DNA of 64,000 nt, from the NCBI GenBank assembly GCA_046703825.1, contig JBJKSO010000115.1:1890-65889 (forward strand), in the 5' to 3' direction. Below are positions 19,652-29,192 of this stretch, piece after piece (the stretch's first letter is position 1; every line of letters begins with the position of its first letter). The position numbers and the translations under genes are program-made. The stretch comes from Candidatus Dormibacteria bacterium (GTDB lineage Bacteria > Chloroflexota > Dormibacteria > Aeolococcales > Bog-877). The notes beneath the pieces are model-generated. The model saw only the letters and a list, made by a program, of their open reading frames with translations, did no database searches and was not told the origin of the DNA.

Positions 19652-20860
19652 TCAAGGCAGGTACCCGCGGGGCGCATTGAAGTTCTGGCGGGCCGAGTGC
19701 AGCGTCAAGAGGCAAGCACTCTGGCCCTGGGGAGCACCGATGGCACAAGGGATCTTCGAGTTCTCTTTGATGATGCCCATGAATAGGGCCAGGGCGAGCG
19801 CGGTCACCCCGACCACGCCGATAACCCCTCTGGCAGCGGGAGCCACCCGCACGCGCGTGTCCATCCTACGAAGGTCCCGAATGTAGATCACCAGGTGAGC
19901 CAGGGTGGCCAGAAACGCTACCGCGAGAGCAGCGTAGCGGAGGGCGACCAGACCCGCCGGGATGATCGAGGCGGGCAGAGCGGTGCCGGCCATTCCCAGC
20001 ACCGCGATCACCGTCAAGACTCCGCCAGGACCCCCGTCCCGCTTCTCGTCGTGGCGCCAGAAGACCCAGTTGGCGCCAATGACGACCACCGCGAGCAGGA
20101 CCACCTGGGCGATGAACAAGTTGCCCGATCCGAGGACGAAGAGGTTGTCGAAGGCCGGCATCTGGGTGTTCTTGAGCGTCTCGGCCAGGAAGAAGCCGCT
20201 GATGGGCTGGGCCATGAGAAAGACGGACCCGATCGCGAAGTTCAGCCGGGCCGCCCAGTGCTGGAACTCGGCATCTGCGGCCGTGGGCGCGCGCCGACCC
20301 CGCCAGACTGCCACGGCGGCCAGGAACAGAGCGGCCCAAGAAAGGTTCCCGAAGGCGTAGTGGAACAGTAGAGGGAAGTAGGTCGGCGAGAAGTTCGCGT
20401 GCGCGGCACTTACCGCTATCCCCGGGTCAAGGATGAAGCTATCCAGGTCAACGATAAAGATAAGAAACACGTACTGCACGACGATGAATGCGAACCCGAC
20501 CGCCAAGTGCAGCTTGGGCGGCAGCTTCTCCCAGCCATAGGAGTACGCCAGCAGCAGCGGGATTCCGATAAAGAAACTCATGAAGGCGATAGTCAGGGGT
20601 ATGAGCAGTTCGTTCAGCATCGTGCCGACCAGGCGACCGTAAAAGCCCGTAAGGAGCACGATGGCGAAGACCGCCCAGGTGGCAGCGAAGCTGTACAAGT
20701 AGAGGACCGAGTGGTTCAACTTGTAGGCGTAGCGCAGGTACATCTGGTTGCCCGTACGGCGACCCATCAACTCCATGCATGGAGTGATGGCGATAGCGGC
20801 CAGGATGAAGGTGACAAGAGCGATATGGATCAGGAAGGTCGCCCCGATCCCCACCTCCAT
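19652..20860 (-). CDS. cytochrome bd subunit I (CydA)-like membrane protein, paralog 1
   Basis: TM1 His (ATFLIHIAL), SYGWEKL (cf. GWDRL), C-terminal MGIIKENSKIPCAI (cf. EYGRQPW). Start taken at ATG 20860; the ORF could extend to 20953. Confidence 0.55.
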   Translation of the reverse strand: MEVGIGATFLIHIALVTFILAAIAITPCMELMGRRTGNQMYLRYAYKLNHSVLYLYSFAATWAVFAIVLLTGFYGRLVGTMLNELLIPLTIAFMSFFIGIPLLLAYSYGWEKLPPKLHLAVGFAFIVVQYVFLIFIVDLDSFILDPGIAVSAAHANFSPTYFPLLFHYAFGNLSWAALFLAAVAVWRGRRAPTAADAEFQHWAARLNFAIGSVFLMAQPISGFFLAETLKNTQMPAFDNLFVLGSGNLFIAQVVLLAVVVIGANWVFWRHDEKRDGGPGGVLTVIAVLGMAGTALPASIIPAGLVALRYAALAVAFLATLAHLVIYIRDLRRMDTRVRVAPAARGVIGVVGVTALALALFMGIIKENSKIPCAIGAPQGQSACLLTLHSARQNFNAPRGYLP

Positions 20861-21020
20861 CCCAAGCCTGCCAAACGGCACCTTGGGGGTAGGCGTCACA
20901 AACCCGATCAGCACTTCGCTCCAATGCTGACGGCACGGCCCCCCCGGTGGCAACTCCCAACGCGAAGACGCAGGCTGGCCGGTCCCATGACCGCGGCCAT
21001 CGCCAACCGATAATCGCCCG

Positions 21021-21974
21021 GTGCCCGAGGACCTGCGCCTGATCCACGGCGACGACCCCTACTTGGTCGAGCAGGAGGCGGGACGCTGGCGCGATCAGCA
21101 AGCCGACGCGGGATCCGACCTGGGTCCTGAGGAGTTCCGGGGGTCGCGCGATTGGGACTCCCTAAGCCAGAGCCTGGCCACCCCAGCGTTCCTGACCGAC
21201 CGGCGGGCAGTCCTGATTTGGGACCCGCCCCAGGTGCTGCGGGGTCAGACCGCCGCCGCCGATGGCGACTTGGAGAGGTTCGTCCAGCTGCTGGACACCC
21301 GGGAGCCGACCACAGCAGTCGCCATCGCCCTGCGCCAAACCCTAGTCGCCGGCTCGAAAGCGCTCAAGCGCCTCCTGGCGGTGGGTGCCCAGGTCACACT
21401 GCTTCAGCGGCCGAAGGGAGCCGAGCTGCGCCGTTACCTTCAGCGAGAGCTCCAGCGCAGCGGACTGCGACTCGGAGCGCCATCCACCGAGCGACTCCTG
21501 GCCATAGCCGGCCACAGTCTGGGGCAGCTGGCTTCCGAGATTCAGAAGCTACAGATGTACGCCGGCAACCAGGGCAAGGTGGGCGATGCGGAAGCGGCTC
21601 GGCTGATCGCGCCTGGCCCCACGCCCGAGATCTACCGCCTTACCGACGCCATCTTCGGGTCCCCCGCGCGGGCGCCGGGGGTATTGCAGCAGTTGCGAGG
21701 ATCGCCCGAGTCGTCACCGCAGATGGTGATCGGCGCACTCGCTCGAGTGTTACGCGACTTGCTGAGCCTGGCGGCGGGAGCGCAGCTGGGATTGCCAGAT
21801 TGGAGGCGGGAGCGGCTAGGACGCCAGCTGGATCGGGCTGGCCACGATCGTGTCTTTCGCTGGCTGGTGGGCTTGGCTGATCTAGACTGGGCGATCCGCG
21901 TGGGCGCCGTGGGCGCCGAGGAGGGTCTCGAGGCCATGGTGGCCCGGATGTGCCTAGAAATCTCCCGGAGTTGA
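21021..21974 (+). CDS. holA: DNA polymerase III subunit delta
   Basis: 317 aa. My assignment rests mainly on the typical holA-rpsT arrangement and general delta-like layout; weak primary-sequence support. Confidence 0.7.
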   Translation: MPEDLRLIHGDDPYLVEQEAGRWRDQQADAGSDLGPEEFRGSRDWDSLSQSLATPAFLTDRRAVLIWDPPQVLRGQTAAADGDLERFVQLLDTREPTTAVAIALRQTLVAGSKALKRLLAVGAQVTLLQRPKGAELRRYLQRELQRSGLRLGAPSTERLLAIAGHSLGQLASEIQKLQMYAGNQGKVGDAEAARLIAPGPTPEIYRLTDAIFGSPARAPGVLQQLRGSPESSPQMVIGALARVLRDLLSLAAGAQLGLPDWRRERLGRQLDRAGHDRVFRWLVGLADLDWAIRVGAVGAEEGLEAMVARMCLEISRS

Positions 21975-21986
21975 GGCCCCGGTCTG

Positions 21987-22409
21987 CTAGCTGGGCTTGC
22001 GCTCGCCGGACGCCCGCCGCGCCGAGGCTGCGGTGCGTTCGGTCTTGGTGCCGCCCTTGCGGCCAGTTCCAGCCTTGGACGCCGATCGGCGCGCCCCCGC
22101 CGCCTTGCGGGTACCGCGAGCCGGTGCGGACACCACCGCCTCCGCCCCGCCGGCAGCGGTCCGCGCGGCCAGGCTCATCAGTCGCGACTTGCGCCGGGCA
22201 GCGTTACGCGGATGGAGCACGCCGTGCTCCACCGCCTTGTCCAGCGCCGATGCAGCTCGGCTCACCACCTCGGCCGCTGGCTCCGCGGCCAGCACCACGC
22301 GGCGGGCCCGAGCCACCGCCGTGCGGACGGACGAGCGCACCCGCCGGTTCCGCTCGTGCTTGCGACCTGAGGACCTGATGCGCTTTCGCGCTGACTTGAT
22401 GTTCGCCAT
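21987..22409 (-). CDS. rpsT: 30S ribosomal protein S20 with ~55-aa basic Ala/Arg-rich C-terminal extension
   Basis: MANIKSARKRIRSSGRKHERNRRVRSSVRTAV... Confidence 0.85.
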   Translation of the reverse strand: MANIKSARKRIRSSGRKHERNRRVRSSVRTAVARARRVVLAAEPAAEVVSRAASALDKAVEHGVLHPRNAARRKSRLMSLAARTAAGGAEAVVSAPARGTRKAAGARRSASKAGTGRKGGTKTERTAASARRASGERKPS

Positions 22410-22521
22410 AAGTTCCCAAACTGGAGCGACCCGTGCGCAGCCGCACGGACACCTACCCTAGAGCAGGGGGCAGTGTAGCAAGCCGGCGGCGGCCGGGGAT
22501 CTCGCCGCTAAAGTAGGCGCG

Positions 22522-23415
22522 GTGTTGCGACACGGGCTGGCTCCGGCCAAGCTCAACTTGGCCTTGGAGCTTGTCGGCCGGCGCGACGACGGCTATCACC
22601 TGATCCGGTCGGTCTCCCACACGATCGATTGGAGCGACGCAATCTCGTTGGAGCTGGGCAAGCCAGCTGGATCTCCACCAGGGCCCGTACCACCCCCCGA
22701 GGTCCTGGTCGGGGGGCCCGAGGCCGCCGGGCTCACTGCGGGCAACGAGGACCTGGCGGGGCGCGCGGCGCTCCTGATGGCCCGCAGCGGCCTGGGCACG
22801 CCAGTGGAACGCATAGCCTTGGCGAAGCGGATCCCACCACGCAGCGGCTTGGGCGGCGGCTCCGCGGATGCGGCGGCTGTCATTCGGATGACGGCCGAGC
22901 GGGCGAACGGCAGCCAACTGCGGCGCATCGCGCTGCAATGCGGCGCTGACGTCCCCTTCGCCCTGTGCGGTGGGGCGGCGCTGATCGCAGGAATCGGCGA
23001 CGAGGTAGTCCCGCTGCCACCCCTCACCGGCGGCGCCTTTCTGATTGCGTTCCTCGGCCCCGTCTCGACTGCGGATGCCTACGCGGCCAGCGACGGCTCC
23101 GACTTCACCGACGGCTCGCGGGTCGACGAGCTGGCGGAGCAACTCCGCCGCGGCACCGCACCGGCACAACTGTTCGGCAGCGCCCTGGAGCGCCCCGCAC
23201 GGGCCGTGTCGCAGGAGCTCGACCGCAGAGCTGATCGACTGCGCGCGGCAATACCCCAGGCGCGCTGGGCGATGACCGGCAGCGGCGGCGCCTTCTTTGC
23301 CTACCTTTCCAAGCCCGAGTCCGTACCCGCGATTGCCGAACAGCTGCAGGCGGAGCTGCCCCAGGTGCCTTGGCGGATCGCCCTCCCAATTAGCGGATGG
23401 CCGGAGCCGACCTGA
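22522..23415 (+). CDS. ispE: 4-diphosphocytidyl-2-C-methyl-D-erythritol kinase
   Basis: LAPAKLNLALELVGRRDDGYHLI; GHMP kinase motif PPRSGLGGGSADAAA. GTG start. Confidence 0.85.
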   Translation: MLRHGLAPAKLNLALELVGRRDDGYHLIRSVSHTIDWSDAISLELGKPAGSPPGPVPPPEVLVGGPEAAGLTAGNEDLAGRAALLMARSGLGTPVERIALAKRIPPRSGLGGGSADAAAVIRMTAERANGSQLRRIALQCGADVPFALCGGAALIAGIGDEVVPLPPLTGGAFLIAFLGPVSTADAYAASDGSDFTDGSRVDELAEQLRRGTAPAQLFGSALERPARAVSQELDRRADRLRAAIPQARWAMTGSGGAFFAYLSKPESVPAIAEQLQAELPQVPWRIALPISGWPEPT

Positions 23416-24815
23416 GGCTGGGCGCCGCGCTGGCCGCCGGCAAGGTGGTCGGCGGCGCATCGCGCCTCCTGGGCCTAGGCGGGGGCACGACCCTCCCCGG
23501 CGATGTGGCGAGGTGGGCCGACCCCGGCATCCTGGAGAAGCTGGCGAGGCGGGCGCGGCGGGGAAGCCTGCTCATCACGGGCACCAACGGCAAGACCTCC
23601 ACGGCAGCCATGGTGCGAGCGACCGCCCGGGCCATGGGCTGGCGGGTCGGGGGTAACTCCAGCGGATCCAATCTCCTCTTCGGCCTGACTGCCTCGGTGC
23701 TCGACCAGACCGGGCTCAATGGGTCGCTTCTCGCCGATGCTTTGGTACTGGAAGTCGACGAGCTGAGCAGCCCGCAGGCCGTGCGCGAGGTGCGACCCGC
23801 CGGCCTTGTGCTCTTGAATCTCTTCCGGGACCAGCTGGACCGCTCCTTCGAAGTGGAGCAGATCGCCGCCCGGATGGGGCAGGCCATCGCAGCTCTGCCG
23901 GCCGAATCGTTCACCCTGGCGAACGCTGACGACCCGAGGGTGGTCCAACTCAGCCTGGCCGCGGCCTCAGGACGCCAGGTCCGCTTCTTTGGCATCGACG
24001 ACCCGTACCAGGCAAGAGCGACGCTCCCGGACATCGCGGACGCGCGTCTCTGCCCGCGCTGCCGGGGCGAGCTGGTGTTCTCCCAGGTCTACTACGGCCA
24101 CTGCGGCCACTACCACTGCCCCACTTGTGGGCTGGAGCGCCCACGGCTGGACTACGCCGCCCGGGAACTGCGTCTCGACGGTCTCGGCCGCTTGAGAATG
24201 CGTGTGGCCGAGGCGGGTACCGACACTCTGACCGAGGTGGCGGTGGAGCTGGGCGGGATCTACAACGCGGCCAACGCGGTGGCCGCATTCGGCGCCGCGC
24301 GCTGCCTGGGGATTCCGGCGACGGTCGTGGCGGACGCCCTGGCCAGCTTCCTACCGGCATTCGGGCGCTCGCAGGTTGCGGTCTGGGAAGGGGTCCCGGT
24401 ACGGCTCATGCTCGCCAAGAACCCGTCGGGGCTGGAGGAGTCGATGCGTGCCGTCCTCCAGCTTGAGCGGCCGAGCTGCCTGGCCTTGGCCCTCAACGAC
24501 GGGGTCGCGGACGGCCGCGACATCTCGTGGATCTGGGACGCCGATTTGGAGATGCTGGCGGCGGACGGACCCGAGACGGTGGTGGTCTCGGGAAGCCGGA
24601 GCCGCGACCTGCTGCTGCGGCTGGCCTACGCCGGCCTGGCAGAGGACCGCCTCCTGCTGGCCGAGACCCCCCGGGCGGCGCTGGATGCGCTCCGGCGCCT
24701 GAGCCCTCCTCAGGGCGCACCGGCTCCCGCCCTGCTGACTTACACCGCCATGTTCGCCTGGCATCGGGAGCTGGCGCGGACCGGTGCGGTTAGCCGCTTC
24801 TGGGACAACCAATGA
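23397..24815 (+). CDS. murT: lipid II isoglutaminyl synthase, Mur ligase-like subunit MurT
   Basis: Mur ligase P-loop ITGTNGKTSTAAM; Cys4 ribbon CPRCRGE...CGHYHCPTCG; C-terminal DUF1727-like region. Confidence 0.85.
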   Translation: MAGADLRLGAALAAGKVVGGASRLLGLGGGTTLPGDVARWADPGILEKLARRARRGSLLITGTNGKTSTAAMVRATARAMGWRVGGNSSGSNLLFGLTASVLDQTGLNGSLLADALVLEVDELSSPQAVREVRPAGLVLLNLFRDQLDRSFEVEQIAARMGQAIAALPAESFTLANADDPRVVQLSLAAASGRQVRFFGIDDPYQARATLPDIADARLCPRCRGELVFSQVYYGHCGHYHCPTCGLERPRLDYAARELRLDGLGRLRMRVAEAGTDTLTEVAVELGGIYNAANAVAAFGAARCLGIPATVVADALASFLPAFGRSQVAVWEGVPVRLMLAKNPSGLEESMRAVLQLERPSCLALALNDGVADGRDISWIWDADLEMLAADGPETVVVSGSRSRDLLLRLAYAGLAEDRLLLAETPRAALDALRRLSPPQGAPAPALLTYTAMFAWHRELARTGAVSRFWDNQ

Positions 24816-25597
24816 CCGCCCGGGAGCTGGTGCTCGGCCACCTCTACCCGGCGGAGATGAACCTCTACGGCGACCGAGGCAACGTGATCAGCCTGGTGCG
24901 CCGGGCAACCCGCCGGGGACTCCAGCTACGGGTGGTGGAGATCGGCCTCGGGGCCGGCCCGGCGGCGCTGATCGAGCAATGCGACGGCTTCTTCTTCGGC
25001 GGTGGTCAAGATCTCGACCAGAGCCAGGTGTCCGAGGATCTGCTGGCGCACAAGGCGGATCCCCTGCGGCGGGCCGTGACCCTGGAGGCTCCCCTGATAG
25101 CGGTGTGCGGCGGCTACCAGCTGCTGGGCGCCTACTACACGACCGCACTGGGTGAGCGCATCCGCGGGCTGGGCTTGCTTCCCCTGCACACCGAGGCGGG
25201 CAGGGACCGCTTGGTGGGCAACGCCGTGGTCCGGGCCGATCCCGGGCTGGGAATCTCCCCGGAACTGCTGGTCGGCTTCGAGAACCACAGCGGCAAGACC
25301 TTCCTCGACCCTGGGCTCAAGCCCCTGGGTCAAGTGGTCCAGGGGCGCGGCAATGACGGGCGAAGCGGGGGCGAGGGTGCATGGCGGGGCTCGGTGGTCG
25401 GTACTTACCTGCATGGCCCGCTGCTGCCCAAGAACCCGGCTATGGCGGATTGGTGGCTGCGCTTGGCGCTGTTGCGCCGCGGGGCCGAGGCTGACTTGGA
25501 GCCCTTGGACGACCACCTGGAGCAGGCCGCCCGGACCGAGGCCATGGCGTTGGCGCGCAGCTCCCCGCGCCGGCTGCGGCTGCTGGGTCGCCGCTAG
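24812..25597 (+). CDS. gatD: lipid II isoglutaminyl synthase, glutamine amidotransferase subunit GatD
   Basis: CobB/CobQ-type GATase: ...LIAVCGGYQLLG...; ATGA overlap with murT. Confidence 0.85.
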   Translation: MTARELVLGHLYPAEMNLYGDRGNVISLVRRATRRGLQLRVVEIGLGAGPAALIEQCDGFFFGGGQDLDQSQVSEDLLAHKADPLRRAVTLEAPLIAVCGGYQLLGAYYTTALGERIRGLGLLPLHTEAGRDRLVGNAVVRADPGLGISPELLVGFENHSGKTFLDPGLKPLGQVVQGRGNDGRSGGEGAWRGSVVGTYLHGPLLPKNPAMADWWLRLALLRRGAEADLEPLDDHLEQAARTEAMALARSSPRRLRLLGRR

Positions 25598-26511
25598 GAC
25601 GCGAGGCTCGGCGGCAGCCCCGGCAGCGGCGATCCCGGCGCCTGGATGTTGTAGTCGGCGCCGTAATCCGATAACCCAACCTTGAGATTCATGGTCAGCG
25701 CCACCTGGCCACCCGCCGTGCCCGAGAACTGGCTCGGATCCAGCAGGCCCAGCGGGCCAAGCTGGACGGTCAGGGAGCCGGTCTCGTTCACCTGCACCGG
25801 CCGATCGGTGCTGGGGTCAACGTAGGCGTCGACGGTCTCAGTCCCGAACTGCAGCAACGAGCTCAGCCCACCAAGCTGGCTGCCTCCCCCGCTCGAGCCG
25901 ACCAGGCCACCGAGCAGGTTGTGCAGGGAGGTGCCGGCGACCTGGGCCTGCAGGTGGTCGACCGTCTGCCCATTGAGCGTGGTCGTGCCCAGGTTCTGAA
26001 CCTTGGTGGAGGAGCTGAGTCCGGAGAGCCATTTCTTGAACGTGGTTACAAACGACCCAGCGCCCGGTGCCAGGGAGGGCGAAGCCATCTTCGAGCTCAG
26101 TGGGCCGTACCAACTGCCGGAACCGACCCGAAGGTAGGTCTGGCCGTTGGCGACCACGGCTGAGACCTGGTAAGGCAACAGCGGACTGGCGGTGTAGGTG
26201 GCCTCGGCGTTCTGGCGATTCTCGACGCGCGCTGATCCCGTGAGCGTCGTCTGCCCCAGCTGCCTCAGCGCCTGCAGCTCGGCCTGCGTGAGGCCAGTGG
26301 CCGACGAGTCGTTGACGGAGACGCTCCCCGAGAAGCTCACGGCCACCGAGGTCGCGAGGGCGCTGTTGCTGGCTCTCAGCAGAAGGCTCGAGGTGTGGGC
26401 GTGGTGACTCGCCGGCGCCGGGCCGCAACCCGCCAGTAGCAAGATTGCGATGGCCCCTGCGGCGGGCACGCCTCTTGTGATCCAAGGCACCACCGCGGCA
26501 TCGTAAGCCAA
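25594..26511 (-). CDS. hypothetical lipoprotein (Ser/Gly/Thr-rich)
   Basis: Lipobox LLAGC after an N-terminal signal. Confidence 0.45.
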   Translation of the reverse strand: MAYDAAVVPWITRGVPAAGAIAILLLAGCGPAPASHHAHTSSLLLRASNSALATSVAVSFSGSVSVNDSSATGLTQAELQALRQLGQTTLTGSARVENRQNAEATYTASPLLPYQVSAVVANGQTYLRVGSGSWYGPLSSKMASPSLAPGAGSFVTTFKKWLSGLSSSTKVQNLGTTTLNGQTVDHLQAQVAGTSLHNLLGGLVGSSGGGSQLGGLSSLLQFGTETVDAYVDPSTDRPVQVNETGSLTVQLGPLGLLDPSQFSGTAGGQVALTMNLKVGLSDYGADYNIQAPGSPLPGLPPSLAS

Positions 26512-26582
26512 ATCACAGCTGGTGCCGCCTCTGCCACCGCGCCGTTACGGATTCCCCGGCCCCAACTGACCCCCAGGCGCAG

Positions 26583-28778
26583 GTGCTAGCGTTCGAAGAG
26601 ATGGGAAAGGTTAAGCCGCGCCGCGCCGCCCGCAACGGCCGAGCCGCCTCCACGGCACTGCCGCCCAGGACCCCAGCCGGTAACGGGAGCTGGGAACGGC
26701 AGCTGCGGGACCCAACCAACTACATCAATCGCGAGCTGAGCTGGCTTGACTTCAACCTGCGCGTGCTGGCGGAAGCTCGCGACGCCCGCGTGCCCCTGCT
26801 GGAGCGGCTGCGCTTCCTGGCGATCACCTCCAACAACCTGGACGAGTTCTACATGATCCGGGTGGCCGCTCTGAAGCGACAGCTCGCCGAGCGGGTCCAG
26901 GCCACCCATGCCGACGCCATGCCTCCCAGCGAGCAGCTCTGCGAGATCAACCGGCGGGTGAAGCAGTTCACGGCCGAGCAGACCACCTGCTTGGAGCAGG
27001 AGCTGTTGCCGCAGCTGCGGGAGTCCGGGATCGTCCTGGCCCTGCACGGCGAGCCGCTGGGCGAGGAGGAGCAGGCGCGCTGTGACCGATTCTTCAGCGA
27101 GCAGGTCTACCCGCTGCTCACGCCACTGGCGATCGACCCGGCACACCCCTTCCCCTATCTCAGCAACCTCTCACTCTCGATCGCGGTGCTGCTGGGTGAG
27201 ACCGCCGAGGAGCCGGCGGAGGACCACCGGGTGGCCCGGATCAAGGTCCCTCCCACCCTGCCACGCTTCTTCAAGGCGGGCCAGACCGGCCCCTTCGTCC
27301 CAGTGGAGCGGATCATCGCCGAGCGCCTGGGCCGGTTGTTCCCGGGCATGGCGGTGCTGGCACACGGGACCTTCCGCGTGACCCGGGACGCTGACTATGT
27401 CGTCGACGAGGACGACCGCAACCTGCTCTCCGCCATCGAAGAGGAACTGCGCGAGCGCCGGTTTGGCGCGGTCGTCCGGGCGGAGGTCGCCCCCGATCTC
27501 CCCGATGAGATCGTGGGGATGCTGGAGGCGGAACTGGGAGTGGGGGCCGACGACATCCAGCGCATCGAGGCCCCTCTGGACCTGACCGGCCTGTTCACAG
27601 TCATCTCGGCCCTGGAGCGTCCGGACCTCACTTACCCTCAGTTCAGCGGGACCACCCCTCCCCGCCTGCTCCCCCTCCAGGATCAAGAGCTGGACTTCTT
27701 CGCGATCCTGAGGCGCGGCGACGTCTTGGTCCACCACCCCTACGACTCCTTCGCGGCCACGACCGAGCGCTTTATCGAGCAGGCGTCCCGCGACCCGCGG
27801 GTGGTCGCCATCAAGCAAACGCTGTACCGAACCAGCGGTGACACCCCGGTCGTCGACGCGCTCACCCGAGCGTCCGAGGACGGCAAGCAGGTGGTGGTTC
27901 TGGTCGAGATCAAGGCACGCTTCGACGAGCAGAACAACATCCGCTGGGCCCGCCAGCTGGAGCAGGTGGGCGCCCACGTCGCCTACGGGGTGCCCGGGCT
28001 CAAGACCCACGCCAAGCTGGTGCTGGTGGTCCGTCAAGAGGAGGGCGGCGTGCGCTACTACGCGCACATCGGCACCGGCAACTACAACGCCGTCACCGCC
28101 CGCCTCTACACCGACTTCGGCATGCTGACCGCGCGGCCCGAGCTCACCGCCGAGCTGGCCGACCTCTTCAACTACCTCACCGGCTACTCGCGCAAGCGCA
28201 ACTACGGCAGCCTCTGGGTCGCCCCCATCAACGAAGTGGAGCGCTTCGAGAGCCTGATGGAGCGCGAGCTCGAACATCTGCGCCGGGGGAGGCCGGCGGG
28301 GGTGCTGGTCAAGGTGAACGCCATCTCGGACGAGCGCGCAATCCGCGCGATCTATCGGGCCAGTTCGCAGGGCCTCCCGATCCGTCTCTTGGTCCGCGGG
28401 ATCTGCGCGCTGCGCCCGGGGCTGCCCGGGCTCAGCGACACGGTGCAGGTGCGCAGCATCATCGGCCGCTTCCTCGAGCACGGCCGCGCCTTCATGTTCG
28501 AAAATGGCGGCTCCCCCGAGGTGTACATGGGCTCCTCCGACCTCATGGGGCGCAACCTCTATCGGCGGGTGGAGCTGGTGACCCCGGTGCTGGACGCCAC
28601 GGCAAGACAGGAGATCAAGGAGGTGCTGGAGCTGATGTGGGCCGACCGCCGCCAGAGCTGGTCGCTCCTCCCTCAGGGGCGCTGGACCAGGGTGGACCCC
28701 GGCTCGAGCGCGCCGGGAGTCCAAGAGCGGCTCATCGCCCGTGCCAAGGAGCGCCCCTTGATCGGGTCGGGCCACTAG
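26583..28778 (+). CDS. ppk: polyphosphate kinase 1
   Basis: YINRELSWLDFNLRVLAEA N-terminus; two PLD-like HKD domains. GTG at 26583, or ATG at 26601. Confidence 0.9.
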   Translation: MLAFEEMGKVKPRRAARNGRAASTALPPRTPAGNGSWERQLRDPTNYINRELSWLDFNLRVLAEARDARVPLLERLRFLAITSNNLDEFYMIRVAALKRQLAERVQATHADAMPPSEQLCEINRRVKQFTAEQTTCLEQELLPQLRESGIVLALHGEPLGEEEQARCDRFFSEQVYPLLTPLAIDPAHPFPYLSNLSLSIAVLLGETAEEPAEDHRVARIKVPPTLPRFFKAGQTGPFVPVERIIAERLGRLFPGMAVLAHGTFRVTRDADYVVDEDDRNLLSAIEEELRERRFGAVVRAEVAPDLPDEIVGMLEAELGVGADDIQRIEAPLDLTGLFTVISALERPDLTYPQFSGTTPPRLLPLQDQELDFFAILRRGDVLVHHPYDSFAATTERFIEQASRDPRVVAIKQTLYRTSGDTPVVDALTRASEDGKQVVVLVEIKARFDEQNNIRWARQLEQVGAHVAYGVPGLKTHAKLVLVVRQEEGGVRYYAHIGTGNYNAVTARLYTDFGMLTARPELTAELADLFNYLTGYSRKRNYGSLWVAPINEVERFESLMERELEHLRRGRPAGVLVKVNAISDERAIRAIYRASSQGLPIRLLVRGICALRPGLPGLSDTVQVRSIIGRFLEHGRAFMFENGGSPEVYMGSSDLMGRNLYRRVELVTPVLDATARQEIKEVLELMWADRRQSWSLLPQGRWTRVDPGSSAPGVQERLIARAKERPLIGSGH

Positions 28779-28779
28779 C

Positions 28780-29190
28780 GTGCTGGCCGAGGCAGCGCTC
28801 GACTTCGTAGCCCAGAACCACCGCGGCGTGCTCGCCACCTACCGCCGCGACGGCGGTGCGCAGATGTCGCCGATCCTGGTCGCCCCCGGTCATGACGGCA
28901 GCCTGCTGGTCAGCACCCGGGAGGCGGCGGTCAAGACCGCCAACCTCCGCCGGAACCCGCGCTACGATCTGCTGGCCTTCTCCGATCAATTTTTCGGACC
29001 CTGGATCAGCGTCACCGGCACCGCCGAAGTGATCTCTCAGCCCGAGGCGATGAGCTGGCTCGAGGAGTACTACCGCGCCGCCGTGGGTGAGCACCCGGAC
29101 TGGGCGGACTACCGTCGCGCCATGGAGCGAGAGCGGCGGGTGGTGCTGCACCTGGACATCGGCTCGGTGGGCCCGGACCGACAAGGCTAG
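28780..29190 (+). CDS. PPOX-class (pyridoxamine 5'-phosphate oxidase-like) F420-dependent oxidoreductase family protein
   Basis: 136 aa with a split-barrel flavin-binding-like pattern. Confidence 0.65.
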   Translation: MLAEAALDFVAQNHRGVLATYRRDGGAQMSPILVAPGHDGSLLVSTREAAVKTANLRRNPRYDLLAFSDQFFGPWISVTGTAEVISQPEAMSWLEEYYRAAVGEHPDWADYRRAMERERRVVLHLDIGSVGPDRQG

Positions 29191-29192
29191 GC

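Noticed and set aside
22453-23460. 335-aa minus-strand ORF opposite ispE
   Set aside because: It is antisense to a well-supported ispE and R/A/G-rich, so spurious.
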